A stretch of DNA of 59,813 nucleotides, taken from NCBI GenBank assembly GCA_000320545.1, contig ADNK01000441.1, positions 1-59,813 of the forward strand, given 5' to 3'. Under the pieces are notes generated by a model that saw nothing but the letters and a program-made list of their open reading frames with translations, was not told the origin of the DNA and did no database searches. This document shows positions 13,866 through 27,691 of this stretch, piece after piece. This DNA is from Bigelowiella natans CCMP2755 (lineage: Eukaryota > Protista > Cercozoa). Every line of letters starts with the position of its first letter. Position 1 is the first letter of the stretch. Both the position numbers and the translations under genes were made by a program.

Positions 13866-15487
13866 CGTGTGTGTGTGCTATGTGTTGTGTGTGATGTTCT
13901 TCTCAATTCAAGCTTGCCCCCCTACTTCCATTAAATCCCACCACAATGCACAAATGACGACATTACCATCGCATCGTTGCAATGCCATTCCAAGAAGACG
14001 TAGGTCTTAACTCTCACGATCATCACCATCCTCCTCCTTCTTCTCCCCCCCCCTCCCCCTCCTCCCCGTGATGATTCTGCTCACTACTCAGGTGGCGAAA
14101 ACGTTCACGGCCCGCTCGCATGCACGCGCGGCGGTGACGGCAAGCGGGATGCTGGTTCTATACGGAGGGATTGGCCTCTCCGGCGAGGTGCTCGGTGACC
14201 TATGGGCACTTGACCTCCATGCCGCCATTCCAGAATGGCGACAGATCTCCACCATGGGGCAGAGGCCTTCCCCTTGCTGGGGATGCGTGTTCCAATCGAT
14301 CGGCCACAGCGTCTGGCTGTTCGGCGGGGCTTTGACAAAAGACGGAGACGCGGTCTCGGACCAGTTGTTCGAGCTGCAAATCGTGCGCTCCAGCGACGAG
14401 GAGAAGAAGGGGGGAGGAGAAGGAAGGGGAAGTAAAGCAGTGAAGGCAGTTAAGCTGCTGCAAGGGCTCTGGTGCGCACACACCAGCGGCAACAACCCAA
14501 AAGCTCGCTACTCTGCAGCCTATACAGCGTTGCAGGACAATCTCTTCGTGTTTGGAGGCAAGCTAGGGCCGGGGGGGGGGGGAGGGGGGGGTGGTATATC
14601 GAATGAACTCCTGAGGTTCGACATCAAGCGGCGGCGATGGTTGACAGTGCTGTGCCTTGAAGGTCGTATAGCTTGCCGCCTCTCACAGCCTATTCTCTGT
14701 GAATAATATAGTATTTCCGCGGCGTGTGCGTGATTGTTGCGATCGTATCAGTAAGAATTTTGCGAACTACCACATCAGCATTCCAACGACGACAATAACG
14801 ATAACAGCAACAAAAAGCAGCAGGCACACCAATAACTCCATACAGGTTCCATTCCTTTAGCCCCTAGAATCGGCGCGCTTCTTGGCTCGCACAATTCTAG
14901 CCTCTACTTGTACGGCGGCGATTCATCCGAGGGGGCGGCGGCGCGGACCATCTTACGGTTTAATTTCTCCTCCTCAAATGCAGGCCTGGTTGCCTATCGC
15001 TACTCCCTCCCGTTGATTCCTCCTATTCCCCAAACACCTGAGGCTGAGAGTAAGATCTTGGCGATGATCAGGGACGTTATAGCTTCCGAAACTGGCCAAG
15101 CTGTCGCGGCGGCCGGCGACGACAGTTCGGAGGACATCCCCATCAATGCCTGCTGGAGCAGCAGCAGCAGCAGCAGCCGCAGTGGTAACAATGGTGACAG
15201 AAAGGCTAGCAGCGGCTTCTTCTCGAGAATGTTGACCATGGCCAAGAATTTCGTTGTTGGGGTCGGAGATGGCAAGGAGGAGTATCACTCAAGGGAGGGG
15301 GTCACCGAGTGGAAATGGTGCGCTGTGTGGCAGAGGCTTCCTATATCCACCGCCTCCAGAGTAACGCGCGAGCTACTCACACATTCGCACGATGGGGCTG
15401 GACGGCTCGTTCGAATGGGAAGCGCGCTGTCCGTTATTCGAGATAACCGACACATACACAAATACACACACACACACACACACTTAA

Positions 15488-15519
<32 letters not shown>

Positions 15520-15534
15520 ATGTGTTGTGTGTGG

Positions 15535-15568
<34 letters not shown>

Positions 15569-17932
15569 ATGTGCTCAGACCTTACACTTGTGTTGGTGTT
15601 TGCTATAGGTATGCTATCGGAGGGGAGGGTCCTCTCAACCTCGCCGCCGCCGCCTCCTTCGGAAAGCAGGTGGTGCGGATCCCAATGATGGAGGGGAGGA
15701 CCAACTCGTTGTGGGTGGAGGCCAAGCCTGCGCACGGTCGCTTGTCGCCCCAACTAATGACCCCCCTCCCCTTCCACCTCCAGGGAGCTGCAGCCTGTGA
15801 GCACGCAAGAGTCCTGTACGTCTTTGGAGGTAAGAGGCGGGGGAAGGGATTCTCAAACCAGCTGCTCGCTTATGAACCGAGCCTCAACTCATGGACAGTC
15901 GTAGACGTGCGGTCAGGCAGCTCCCCCCCCCCCACCTATCGAGGGCACCTCTTTGCCATCGCGAATCACCTCGTCCTTATCGGGGGTGAGTGTATGCGTG
16001 CGTGTAGAAGCGCAGCGTGTTTTCCTATAATTTTATGCAAAAAGGGGGCGGCATTTGCTCTGTTCGCTCAAAACATCACCGTCAGCTCCTACTATTACCA
16101 TTTTCTTTTCCTCTTAATTTTTTTACAGTCCTACCTACAATACGATGATGATCCCCTCTAGTTCTACTACTACTACTACTACAACTACTACTACTACTAC
16201 TACAACTACTACTACTACTACAATGCCCCCTTTGTTCACTCCTCCTCATTCTCCTCCTCCTCCTCCTTGTCATCACATCTTCTTCTACTTCTGCTGCCTT
16301 TTCCAGGCTTGGTTTCCGAGAAAGATCCTTTGCACGAGGTATGGGTGTTTTCCCTCCGCTCGCGCATATGGCAGAGTGTGACACAAACCGGCGAGAAGCC
16401 ACCATTCCCCTTCGGAGTAGCTGCATCCTTGGGGCCTGCAGCCTCCGCAGCAGCTGTCTCTTCAGATCAGACGGGGGGGGTGCAGCATCACATCGCCGCC
16501 CTCCCTTTTGCTGTGTGGACGTTCGGCGGGTGCGCTACTGGCGGGGAGCCGCACAACCAGCTCCATGAAATGCTCATCGTTTTCGATAGAAAGGAGCAGG
16601 AGATCCGGCGTGTGCACTGGGTCTTCCACAGGCACCGAGACGACGCGGCAGCCCAGCCCCCTCCAAGCCCGCGCTTTGGCGCGTCGATCGTATTCTATCC
16701 GGACGTCGCGCGCGCAGCCCAGATCCCGCCCTGCAAGCCTCAGTCGTCGTCTTCGTCTACCAGTGGCCCTTCCTGGGACCCCCACCGCACCCCGAAAGCT
16801 CTCGGGCTGTCTTCGGAAAACAGAGTGGTGGCGATGTCAGCTGATGCGCCTGCACCGCGGCAGAGGGAATGGCACACAGTAGTCGCTGCACGCACTGTCT
16901 GGAGGCCTCAAACCGGCATGCATAGGTACGTGTATAGGACAAATGCAAAGGGAAAAAAAGGGAAAGAAGATAGTGAGAAGCGCGTGAGTAGGGAGCTAAT
17001 ATCACAACAATAGGAGAGGGGGGAAGGGATCTTTTTCTTCCATCGCTGCTTTCTTGCCTCCTCGTCCTTCTCTTCCAGCTACATCTATGGTCAACTATAT
17101 TCCTGCAACAACAACAACTACTACTACTACTACTACTCCCACCACCACCACTGCTATTACTTACTACTGCCATTATTATCACCCAGCCTCCGCGTGCTCC
17201 TCCTAGATATCGACACAGAGATCAATAGCTACGCTGTGTGCTTGGGGGTGGTGGCGGCGATGTACGATACATGCGCCTTTACCACCCCGATCGGTTGGGA
17301 CAACCCTGGTCGAGCTTTCATCGCAGGCACTGGCGAGAAGCTCTCCGGATCCGATGCGAAGGCGTACGCCGCCGCCACCTTGAAGAAGCGGCGGGGGGGA
17401 GAAAAGAGTGCAGACGGCAAGAATGGCTGTAAGGCGGGTGATATCGTGGAGGTTCTGTTTGATTCTGATAAGGGCTGCCTCAGCTTTCTGGTCAATGAGA
17501 TCCCGCTCGGCGTCGCCTTTAGCAGCATACCGATGGGCCCTGAGGGCGTTGTGTGCGCAGTGTCGATGGTCGGCAAGCAGCGCGTGCAAGTGCTAGGCCC
17601 CAGGCCGCCCCCCTCACCCCTGCAAGGGGTCGACTTCCGCTTGGTGGTATGGGGGGGGTGCATCAAAGCTCACGGGGAGGACCAGTGCGATGACAATAAA
17701 GTTTATATGCTAGGCTTCGAGAATAGGGGTGCTGGGGAGGAGAAGAAGGCTGGTCAGGGAGGCGGCGGGATGATGGCGCAGGAAAACTTGATGCTGCGGC
17801 CTCGCTGGACACAAATGGAGGCCTGGGGTACACGCACAGCGATGTTTTGAGAATAACTGAGGAATCATGATTCAGAGAATAATGTATATGTAAATATATA
17901 TATTCATAAATGTTTTGTGCACACACAAAGAG

Positions 17933-17967
<35 letters not shown>

Positions 17968-18774
17968 TAGAGAAAGAGAGAGAGAGAGTTCGTGCGTGCA
18001 TATGTGTGTATGTGAATGTGTGTTAATGTTTGTTTGTTCTTGTCTCCATTGTTTCTTTGTGGAAGCTCACCGTCATCTCACAACAATGTCCTTCGGGAAA
18101 TAACCACTTTGTTCAATGAAGGCACGCCACCGGGCGGGCGCAAGCTGCATGCGATGGGATGTATAGGCGGTCGCGTATATCTCGCGGGTGGGGTCAACGG
18201 CAAATTGGAGGCCCAGACGAATATGTACTGCTTGGAAGTGAAACCATGGGCACAGTACGAGAAGCGAGGGGAGCTCCTTCGGACGGTCCAGCTGCAAACA
18301 CCCCTCCCATCTCATTATATGAGCGTGGGTAATAGAAATCAGGCCAGTCGCAGCACCGCCGCTACCACCACCAGCAGCAACAACAGCAACAACGTCAACA
18401 TTGGAGCTGCTGCTGCTGCTGCTGCTGCGAAGGGAGAGAAGAAGGAAGAGGGTACTTCCTCATCACTGGGAGCAGACGGTGGAGGGAGAAGAGGAGGAGC
18501 AGGAGTAGAAGCGCAGTTGACATGGTACAGGGGAAAGAGGGAGGTTCACGTCGAGGTCGAGAACAACTCCGCCGAGCGTCATGTCCAGGTATTTCTCCAG
18601 TGGGCCAAGCTCTCAAACTGCTCGATAAAGCTGGTGGGGAAGGGCGCCATGCCAGTGCCTCCGAACTCCAAGAAACTCTATGCTGTCATCGACGTGCCGC
18701 ACCCGACGGCTTCCGTGGACATCGATTTCACCCATGTATATGCGATAAGACCCTGCTGCGTCTGTTGCATCCAT

Positions 18775-18815
<41 letters not shown>

Positions 18816-21800
18816 CTTTCATCATCTTGGCAGCTATTATCGTTTACATGCACATTGATGCTCCACGAAGGGTGTTTGTCTCACCGATCGCGGCTACTTT
18901 ATAATGCTATTTTGACCTAGATCAATGACGGGTTGTGTGTTACACACACACACACACACACACACGCAAACACACTCAGGTGGTCGAGGAATCACCAGAG
19001 GGCGGCCCGTCCTTCTACATGCTGCAGCCCCCGGACGACGCGCTGCCGAAGCCCACCGTGCTCAAGATTGAGGGGGGGCTGATCGCCTCACGGAGGCGCA
19101 TCGAGATCCGCGGCGTGCAGGTCGAGAAGAAGCCCTGGCATGTTGTCCTGAAGCGCTCTGGTGGGAAGTACAGCTACCTAGAGCTCCACATCCAGCCGGG
19201 CCGGAGTAGAATTTTGCGCCGCATCGTTGCCCCGGAGGTGTCGGGGGAGGAGGACGAGGGGGGCTGTCCCGTGCTACCAGGCCAGCGATTTGTGATCGAG
19301 ATCCTCATAGGCGCCAAGGCGTACGAAATACGGGTCAATCGAAAGCCGTTCGCAACGTGGGTGGAGAATAGAATATAGGAATTAGAGCTAGTAGATTAGC
19401 GGGGGGAATGCGATGTCGGAAAATCATGACGACTTGTTATCATCGTCATTATCACCATCATCATCATCTTCTTCATCATGAGTTTGCTCCTACACTCCAA
19501 TCATCACCCCCCTCTCTCCCCTCTCCTCCCCTCCCCCCTTAGCTACGAGCACCGGCTTCCATACGAGAACGTGGAGGAGGTGCAGATACATGGCGATGTG
19601 TGCGTGACGATGTGCGAGCTGGTGGATGGGCCGTGGGTCGAGTGCGCTCCGGGCTGTCTTCACTGCCGACGTATGACGCGCTACAAGCCGCGCGAGATCA
19701 CGCATCGCCTCCGAGAACTGCAGGCAACAAAGCGCGCAATGCAGGCGGAGGAGGCACTCGATGAGGTGGGGCTAGAACTAGCGCTGCTGCGGCGACAGAG
19801 CTCCATGGTCCGCTCCCATCTTGCGGTGAGGAGCTTCGAGAGTAAGGAGGCACTCGCAGATGTGATTGGGCAGGCAGAAGTGCTCGCACCCGTGGTGTGG
19901 GAAGCCATTCTCACCTCTGTGGCATTCACGGATATCACCTTCCCGCCTTCCCAAGACAGCATTGGCGGACAGGATAAGCACGTCAAGTCTTGGCGGCGCG
20001 CCCGGGAGTATGCAGGGCCAGACGCGGTAGTTGTAAGAGAGGTGGAGAAGGGGGGGAGGGGGGGGGGGTGATGATAATGAGGCTCTTAAGAGAAGAGGAT
20101 GAGATCTGATGATGATAATGATGATGGTTGGGACAGGGTTGTTTTGTGAGGAGAGCACAAATGAAATATGCATGAAGTAAGAAGAGAAGCCAAAATAATT
20201 GTATATGTTTACATACGATATCACACGCGATGGAGAGGTTGGGAATGTATGGTACCGCCACCACCACCTTCTCATAGTGTTGCGACAAATATGACGACAG
20301 GTCCTCTTCCACGACGGCGCCGTCAGCAGCGACGTCGTGCAAGGGGAGCTGGGCGATTGCTACTTCCTCGGCGCCCTGTCCATCGTGGCGAACCGCTACG
20401 AGCTCTTCCGCCGCATCTTCGTCCCGACCGGGCTCTACCATCTCGGCGTGTACTCGGTGCGGTTCTACAAGGACGGCCAATGGCGCATGGTGACCGTGGA
20501 TGACCTCATCCCCTGCGGGAAGGACGGGAAGCCTGTGTACGGCCGCAGCCAGGCGAAGGAGGAGCTCTGGGTAGTGATAGCCGAGAAGGCCTACGCGAAG
20601 ATGCACCACTCCTACCACAACATGGACGGTGCTAACGGGGGCAACATCGGCGACGCGCTGGTGGACCTGACGGGCGGCGTACCGGAGGAGATACACTTCA
20701 CCGCCATCCCGAAGCAGATTCGCAGCGGGGAGCTGTTTGACAAGCTGCTGGACTACCATCAGAAGGGCTACCTGCTGGGGTGCGGGCTTGCGCCCAATCG
20801 CCAGTGGAAGGCATCTCTCGGCATCATGGAGAACCACGCGTACAGCATCATCGATATCCGTCGTATTGGAGAGTGCAATCGGCTCATCCAGCTGCGCAAC
20901 CCGTACGCCAAGGAAGGTTGGAAGGGAGCGTGGTCGCGTGGATCAGAAGTCTGGAACAAGCACATGGCGCTGCTACTAGGGGAGGAGGGGAAGGCGGTGG
21001 ATTCCGAGAAGAAGGGAGGGGGGGGGGGGGGAGGCGAGGACAAAGGCTTGTTCTGGATGAGCTATCACGACTTGGTGCGACACTTCAACCGACTCTTCGT
21101 ATGCAAGGTATTGGACGAGGACAAGTGGGCATGCATCACTTACCGATCGCACTTCATCACCTCCGAGCGCACGGCAGGGGGCAGCGCGGAGTTCAGCTCC
21201 CGGTGGCGCGACAACACGCAGTACGCGCTGTCGGTTCGCGAGCCCAACACCCGCCTCGTTATCGCCCTCTCGCAGTCGGACGCAAGGATGTTCTACCGGG
21301 AACACGCGTGGTTCCAAGACATCGGCATCTATATCGGCTCTGTCCAGCGCTTTGGCCGTCGCCGCATCGCCTTCCCCGCGGGGAACGTGCATGCCGTCCC
21401 CATCACCAGCCAGCGATGTGCGTCCTGCGAGATCACGCTGGGCCCGGGCGAGTACGTCATCGTTCCGTGCACGCGCCAGCCGGACATCGAGGTCGGCTAC
21501 GTGCTGCGGGTCTACCACGAAAGGGAGAAGAAGTGCCGCAGCGAGCGCATCACGGATCGGCTGGACTGGGCGCGCGCTGCGGCGTCGTTCGCTGTGAGGA
21601 AGAAGGTGAAGAAGAAGGAATGGATCCCCTTCTCGACAGTGGCCAATCCCAACGATTACAGCAAGGCCGCCGTGCATTGGCGGTGCCTCACCTGCTCCAC
21701 CGTCAACATCCCAGCGAGGACGATTTGCTCTACCTGCTACGGCGACAAGAAGCAGCTGGTGGTTGAGCTCAAGCAGCAAGGGGGGGAGGAGGAGGAGGAG

Positions 21801-23627
21801 GAGAAGGAGGAGGAGGAGGAGGAGGAAGGAGATGGGAGAGATAAAGAGGGGAAGCAGGTCAAGGATGGTGGTGGGAACGGTAATGGCGATGATGCAGCAG
21901 TAACCCCAACGAAGGAGAAGACAGCGAGAAGCAGAAAGAGAACACGATTCCAAACCACCATGCGGGCCTTGCTGCCTATCTTCCACGTCGAGTTATTGCA
22001 GAAAAGGATGGAGAAGAAGAGACCTGCAGCAGCTGCTGCTACTGCTACTACTAAAACAACTACTACCGGTGCTGGTGGGAGTAGTAGTGGCGCGATTGGG
22101 AAGGATTCTGAGATCTCTGCTGCTGCCCTGACATCGTCGTCATCGTCGGCGTCGTCGACAACAGCAACCGTGACAATTATCATCGCGTACAAGGGCAAGC
22201 CACCCTACAGGCCTCAAATGATGGGCTGCGGAATATATGTGGCGAAAGAGGAGGCCAAGAATGCGTCGTCTTCGTCCCCAGAGGAAAGGAAAGAAGGGCA
22301 GAAGAAGGATGGGGCATTTGAGGAATGGACAGAAGTAGCTCACTCGGGATTTTGGCAGAGAGACGAAACCTTCATGACAGCGCAACTGCAGCCTGGCACG
22401 CAATACTACATTGTTCCTTGGGTGCAGGAAGGGCATGACTACCAAATATCGATCTACACAGACAAGAAGGATAGCGAGTGCGCGGAAATTACGATCGCAA
22501 AGAAGCCATGGCCTCCAGCTAGTGCAGCACAGGCTGATGGGACAGCGTCGCTATCACAATCAATACCGCCACCATCATCCATCCTTGACAGAACCCTCTT
22601 TGATTTCGAGGCCGCCATTAAGAACCCAGAGCAGATGATGCTGCTGAAAATGGGAGGAGACGGCGGTGGCAAGGAAGAAGGCGCAAGCGCGAAAGCAGTT
22701 GCAGCGACGCAAACCTCGCCGCAGCAACTGAAACAGCACGAAGGCATACAGCAGCAACAAGAAGGCGGAGGTGCAAAAGATGCGCTGATGCCATCGAAGG
22801 TTGCGTACAGGCTGTCCGGCAATTATATATCAGGCGATCAGGAGACGGAGAGCGGGAAAGAGGAGTTCAGCATTGCACTGTTTGAGGGCAGTCTTCAACC
22901 CGTACCTCCCCTCAAGGGAAGCTTCGACAAAGCGAAGCAGGAGCTCTCGGTGGAGTTTCCGAGCGGTTGGGAGTATTCAGGAAAATGGTCCGAGGCCATG
23001 TGGGAGGGCAAGATGCGCAAGTCAGGAGGGCCCTGGACAAAGCTATTTTGCTATTCCATCTCGAAAGTAGAGGCGAAAGTAGAAGCGAAGACGGTGCCCG
23101 GTGTGTCCGGCGAGAGCTGCGGTAGTGCAGACAATGAGGAGGAAGAGAAAAGGCAGAACCTCAAGCTATCCTCCGCAACGGCGAAGGAGAAAGAATCAGC
23201 ACCCCTACCTGCAGCTGGAACCCCACCAGCGCAACCAGAAGCATCGGCATTGCAAGCAGAAGCAAAATCGAAAGACGGGGCAGCAGAAGACGATGGCAAG
23301 GACAGGGGTGCAGAAATTAAAGATGATAGCGTTGTAGGAGGGAAGGAGCAGGAGAAAGAGCTCGCAAGTTCTTCTCGTAACGATGAGAATAAGGAGAAGG
23401 GGCTAGGGGAGGTGGAAGTTGGCGATTCTAAGACGACATCACCAATATCACCTACTGCATCGAAATCGACGACATGGTACAGCGGGGCCGAGATTATTGC
23501 ACTTGTGCGTGGTGCTTTTAATGAGCGAGATCGATACGAGGAGGGTGTCGTTATTCAGAAGCTACGGCAAGTGCTGTCGTCTCATCAGAGCGAGAAAGAG
23601 ACAGATGGTGATACGAAGAAGCAGTAG
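6258..23627 (+). CDS. Giant multidomain calpain (~20 exons, ~4,500 aa): discoidin/F5-8-like, Kelch repeats, SPRY, F5/8C, RanBP2/NZF fingers, Kelch with second SPRY, galectin fold, CysPc, calpain domain III
   Basis: Catalytic triad QGELGDCYFL / NHAYSI / LRNP in last exon (20301-23627). Phase-compatible junctions link the ORF blocks: RATSS|VYKNERLGLGH, GW|YCDKC, FAT|YEHRLP, AWG|TPPGGRKLH. Five WxCxxCTxxN...CxxC-type fingers. F5/8 motifs QAWS, QWLQI, QGR, HISMR. One junction (15450) lacks a canonical donor. Confidence 0.82.
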
Positions 23628-24148
23628 ATAGCATCAACTTGATTAATTGTATTATGCCTTACCTGTACAGCTTTAGCTATATATAGCATTATGTTGCGTA
23701 TAATAAATAAAACATGCGCTTTACGACACGTTAACCACCATGCACAAAATTATCGACGACACATTTCATTTCATCTAGCTGCGCACGTAATAAGCGTTGC
23801 ATACATTATATTCATATTGCAACATTACAACACATGCGGAGCATCGCGGTCATATGGCACTAGAACGAGCAAAACTATGTACCACTTCCTTCCGGTTTTT
23901 ATGCACATACACTAGCGGTCTAGGCCCGCGCTGACCCTTGCACTCACTTATATATATAGGGTCTGCATTGCCTCTACGCGTGTTACTGCAAGCATAAAGG
24001 AGGCGATGGCTTGAGTTAGACTGCCTATCTAGCATAGCTAGCTAGCATATCCATTCGGCTCCTGTGCGCGCGCGCTCATCAAGGCTATATTTTGCCGTGC
24101 ACATACTCATGAGAAAGGAACTGGATATCCGCTGCTCTGCATAACGTA

Positions 24149-24203
24149 CTACATTAGGACGACTATTAAAAATGTTTAATGCCATTAATGCATCCGTTTC
24201 ACA
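24149..24203 (+). repeat. Copy of the dispersed ~65-bp repeat
   Basis: ctacattaggacgactattaaa at 24149-24170 is identical (22 nt) to 3886-3907 and is followed by catccgtttcaca. Confidence 0.7.
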
Positions 24204-24451
24204 CTGGCCGCCCTATGTGCAGCACGCTAAAGCTAGCGCGAATATCGCGACTGTTATCTTTGTTGCGATGCACGCGTCACCCTGCCAAACTACTAGCATG
24301 CCATGGTACGCAAACAACATGCGAGCAACATCTAGGCTTGCGCTGACCGCGCAGAGTTTTATTGCTTAGAGGTGGAAGCTAGACTTAGTAACTTTGATGA
24401 GACGCGATCGTCAATATTAAATAGAAGACTATGACTTATTGATGATGGACA

Positions 24452-27085
24452 CTATGAAGGTATTGCTTGCGGGGAGGATATGGTCTTCCCTGCCCTAGCT
24501 AATGTTCTCTCTCTTTTTGTCGTAGTGAACTCTCTAGCATCTCGGAGCTGTGATCTAGCCAGCATTGTCTCGTAAGGTTTGCTTTCTTTGATCTTCCGCG
24601 AGCGGTGCCCCCTCTCCATTTTTGTCACTCGGGCGTTGAGGGTGTTCACCATAGCTTCATCATTTATCCTTTTTTGTATCCGGCGCATACCTATTTGTGT
24701 CTTCGCATCGATGGCCTCGCGGAATTCGTGCTTCCGTCTCGATGCTAAAGTTGCGTTGAGTGTTCTCTGTGCCTTTTCCTTTCCGTGTATGCTTCTCTTC
24801 TTTCTTGCCTTCACCTGTTTTAAGGCCTGTGCCACTTCTGCCTGTCGCCCCTGTCCTCGCTGGATCTGTTTCCATTTTTGCTCCTCCACTTTGGCGGCGT
24901 CGGCGTCTAGGAATGTCTTTGCAATTTGCCTTGTCTTCAGATCCTTCGCCAGTCGTAAGGCGTCGGCTCTCTTCTTTTCCCTCGCGCTCTCGAGTTTCTT
25001 GTACATATGGAGCACATCCTTTTCCCGTTTTTCCCTGAGAGCCACAGCTATTTCTAGAGCACTTTGTTGCTTCTTTGCCCGCCTCTCCTCACCGGTCTGA
25101 GCGTTCTGCTTTCGAAGGCGATTGATTCTTTTCAATTTTAGAGCAAGCTCCTCTTTCTTCGTGTCTCTCTCCACGCGGAGTTTTCCTCGCTTGTGCTTCA
25201 CCTCTTCTATCTCCTTCTCTTTGAGGTCGGTCAGGCGTTCCCGTAGCTCTACTAGCGACATCTCTTCCAATAGTCCCACGCCGGACGTCGTGGTCGGATC
25301 GAACTCCTTTGGTACTTTTGACTTGACGAGGGCCTGAGCTACCATTGCCTGGATCTCTTTGATCAGGTCTTTCTTCTGCTTCATCTCATGCTCCGCCTCC
25401 TTCTCCCTAAACTTCCTGAGCTCCTCCATCTCGGCCTGCATCTTGGCCGCCCGCGACTTTTTTTCCACTTCGATCTGTTGCACGGCGTCACGTGCCATCT
25501 GACGAACTTTCTTCACCTCTACGGTCCGCGCTTGGTTTTCTTCTATGGCAAGCCGTCGCTCGAGTTCTAGTTGCTCGATTACATTTTGCCGCTCATCACG
25601 CATTTCTGCTGCAGCGTCCTTTTTCAGCTGCTCGCTCTCCTCGACAGCTTGCTTGGCAATCTCTGAGGCTTTCGTCAAGAGTTCTTTCCTCTGCTTTTTC
25701 ATCTCTTCGAGCTCCTTTGCCTCCTTGGCCTCTTCCCGGGCCTTCCAGCTGTCATATTCTGATGTGTCGCGAAGGTTCACTTCGAAATCGCGGATAATGG
25801 CCGCCTCCTGCTCCTGCTTCTTCCTATACATTGCATCCTCTCGTAAAATCGCTGCTGCTGTCGGCTTTATCTCGAACTTTGGTCCGCTCGAGTTCTTTAC
25901 CTTCTTGTAATAGTCACGGGTCTGCTTCACGTGTTTTTGGTCCGTATGTGGCTTCATCGTCACCTCGAGTATCTGGTTTTGCTCTTGGATCAGAGCCTGT
26001 TTCTTCAGCTTCGATACCTCATTCTGCTTCTCCAGGCGTGAAAGCACCGGGTCTTCCTTCGCTGACTGATATTTCGACCTCATCTTAACCCTCCTCTCAG
26101 CAGCCCGGCTCTTTCGGAGCTCCTCTATCTTGCCCAGACTCGTCTGGTTAAGGTTCTCCGGCATTGGCCGAGCCTGGTAGCTAGTTTGAATGACAACTTC
26201 GGGCTGGGGGGGCTTCCTAGGCTTTGGCTGTGTGAGATTAAAAGGAATAGGCTTCGTGGTTTGAACCATCGTCATCGTGCCTTTCCCTCCTGTAGTACCC
26301 CCTTTCATTGTGGATTTGCTGGTGCCTGGGCGCAGGGCCATTTCGAGCTCGCCCAATACGCCTTGGATCTGGGGGAGAAATTTATGCATGCCTTGCTTAT
26401 TCGCCGCTGTTCCGATGAGCCTTCCATCAACGTATGTGTAGTCGTATATCGTAAGCATCTGATCTCTCAGCCACGTTTTCATGAATTCCTGAGTGAAGAG
26501 AAAGAGAAACTTTAGCCAATTGTAAGAAGGTTGGCTTCTACGCATACATACGTTTATGAAAAATAACAAACGTGTGACTTATAATTATTATACGTTCCTT
26601 AATGTTTCAAAAATACATCAAACGATAACATAGTAGGTGGTCACTTAAAATTAGGATACGTGGCATTCAGAGACTAATTTTTACGAACGGACCGGGTGGA
26701 AGAGAAATCCCAAGAAAACATTCATTTTGTGAGGCTCCTGCGATTTCACTAGCTTCTTGTACTCACTGAACGTTAACTCAGAGATACGGAAGAGCGTGAG
26801 ATAGGTCATAATAATGTATAATGATCTATCCAAGCGGTTAACTTGTGAAGGATATCGGGTATAGAGTCCGTCCACAATGACCTTGAGAAGCTTGGCGTAC
26901 CTCTGGGTGCCATACATCACCTCGCGAAGGAACAAAACTGTGTTCTCTTCACGAATCTTCCGTTCATGCACGAATTCCTCAACGTGAGTGGATGGGGTAG
27001 TTGTAGACGGTTTATAACTCTCCAGAAGCTCCCTGCATTGCTTGAGGAGTTCCTGTCGAAGCTGCATAGCCTTCTTGGACGCCAT
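24452..27085 (-). CDS. CFAP99: Cilia- and flagella-associated protein 99; 2 exons (27085-26693, 26488-24452), ~809 aa
   Basis: N-terminal block FLREVMYG...YIIMTYLTLFRISEL...KMNVFLGFLF, the PFNLTQPKPR motif, AAAILREDAMY and LSLVELRERL-like segment, then a long coiled coil; GT-AG intron 26489-26692. Confidence 0.85.
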
Positions 27086-27691
27086 TGTGTCCTTGGAATT
27101 CTTAAACCTTCCTACTCCGCCAACTTCCTCTCCAGAGAATCTCTCCTAGTTATTGGCTTCGAGCGTTCCTTCGAAACAGTTCCCCCCGAGCGAGTCAGCA
27201 GGTCCCGTTTCGTGTCGGGCCTCCTTCAGCTTGGGGGGGAAGGAAGGCAGCAGCTGTTATCTGAAAGCAGAAACGCTTCGATTAGCCGAGAAGAAAATTT
27301 GGCGAAATGCAGGGGATTTTTGTCCAATTTAGCCCTGAAAAATGTCTATATCCTACAATTTCGAGGGGAAACAAGATCTGCGATCTTCGCATTTCACCTT
27401 CGCCTTCCCTCCAATTACAAGGCGTAATTAGTGCCTTCAGATCCTGTAAGACACAGAGCGTTCTGTCTAGGCAACATCAAATCTTTGTTGTCGCAGAATG
27501 CTGATAGATGCCGTTTTAAAGCTAACCTAGCCTGCAAAACCCTACGAAAAAACTGACGCCTCAAAACCCAATGTCATTTGTACATGATTGGCCACTACAT
27601 GACTCGCGCGTGCCCGAGGTCGCTCTCTGCGACTTCGTACTTTAGTGTGATTTAGTCTCGGAAGCAGATCTCCCCCTTGTCCCCCAAAATA

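Noticed and set aside
19983-21986. Long overlapping ORFs (19983-20837 -, 20780-21766 +, 20976-21986 -)
   Set aside because: Shadow frames of the GC3-rich calpain catalytic exon; no independent motifs.
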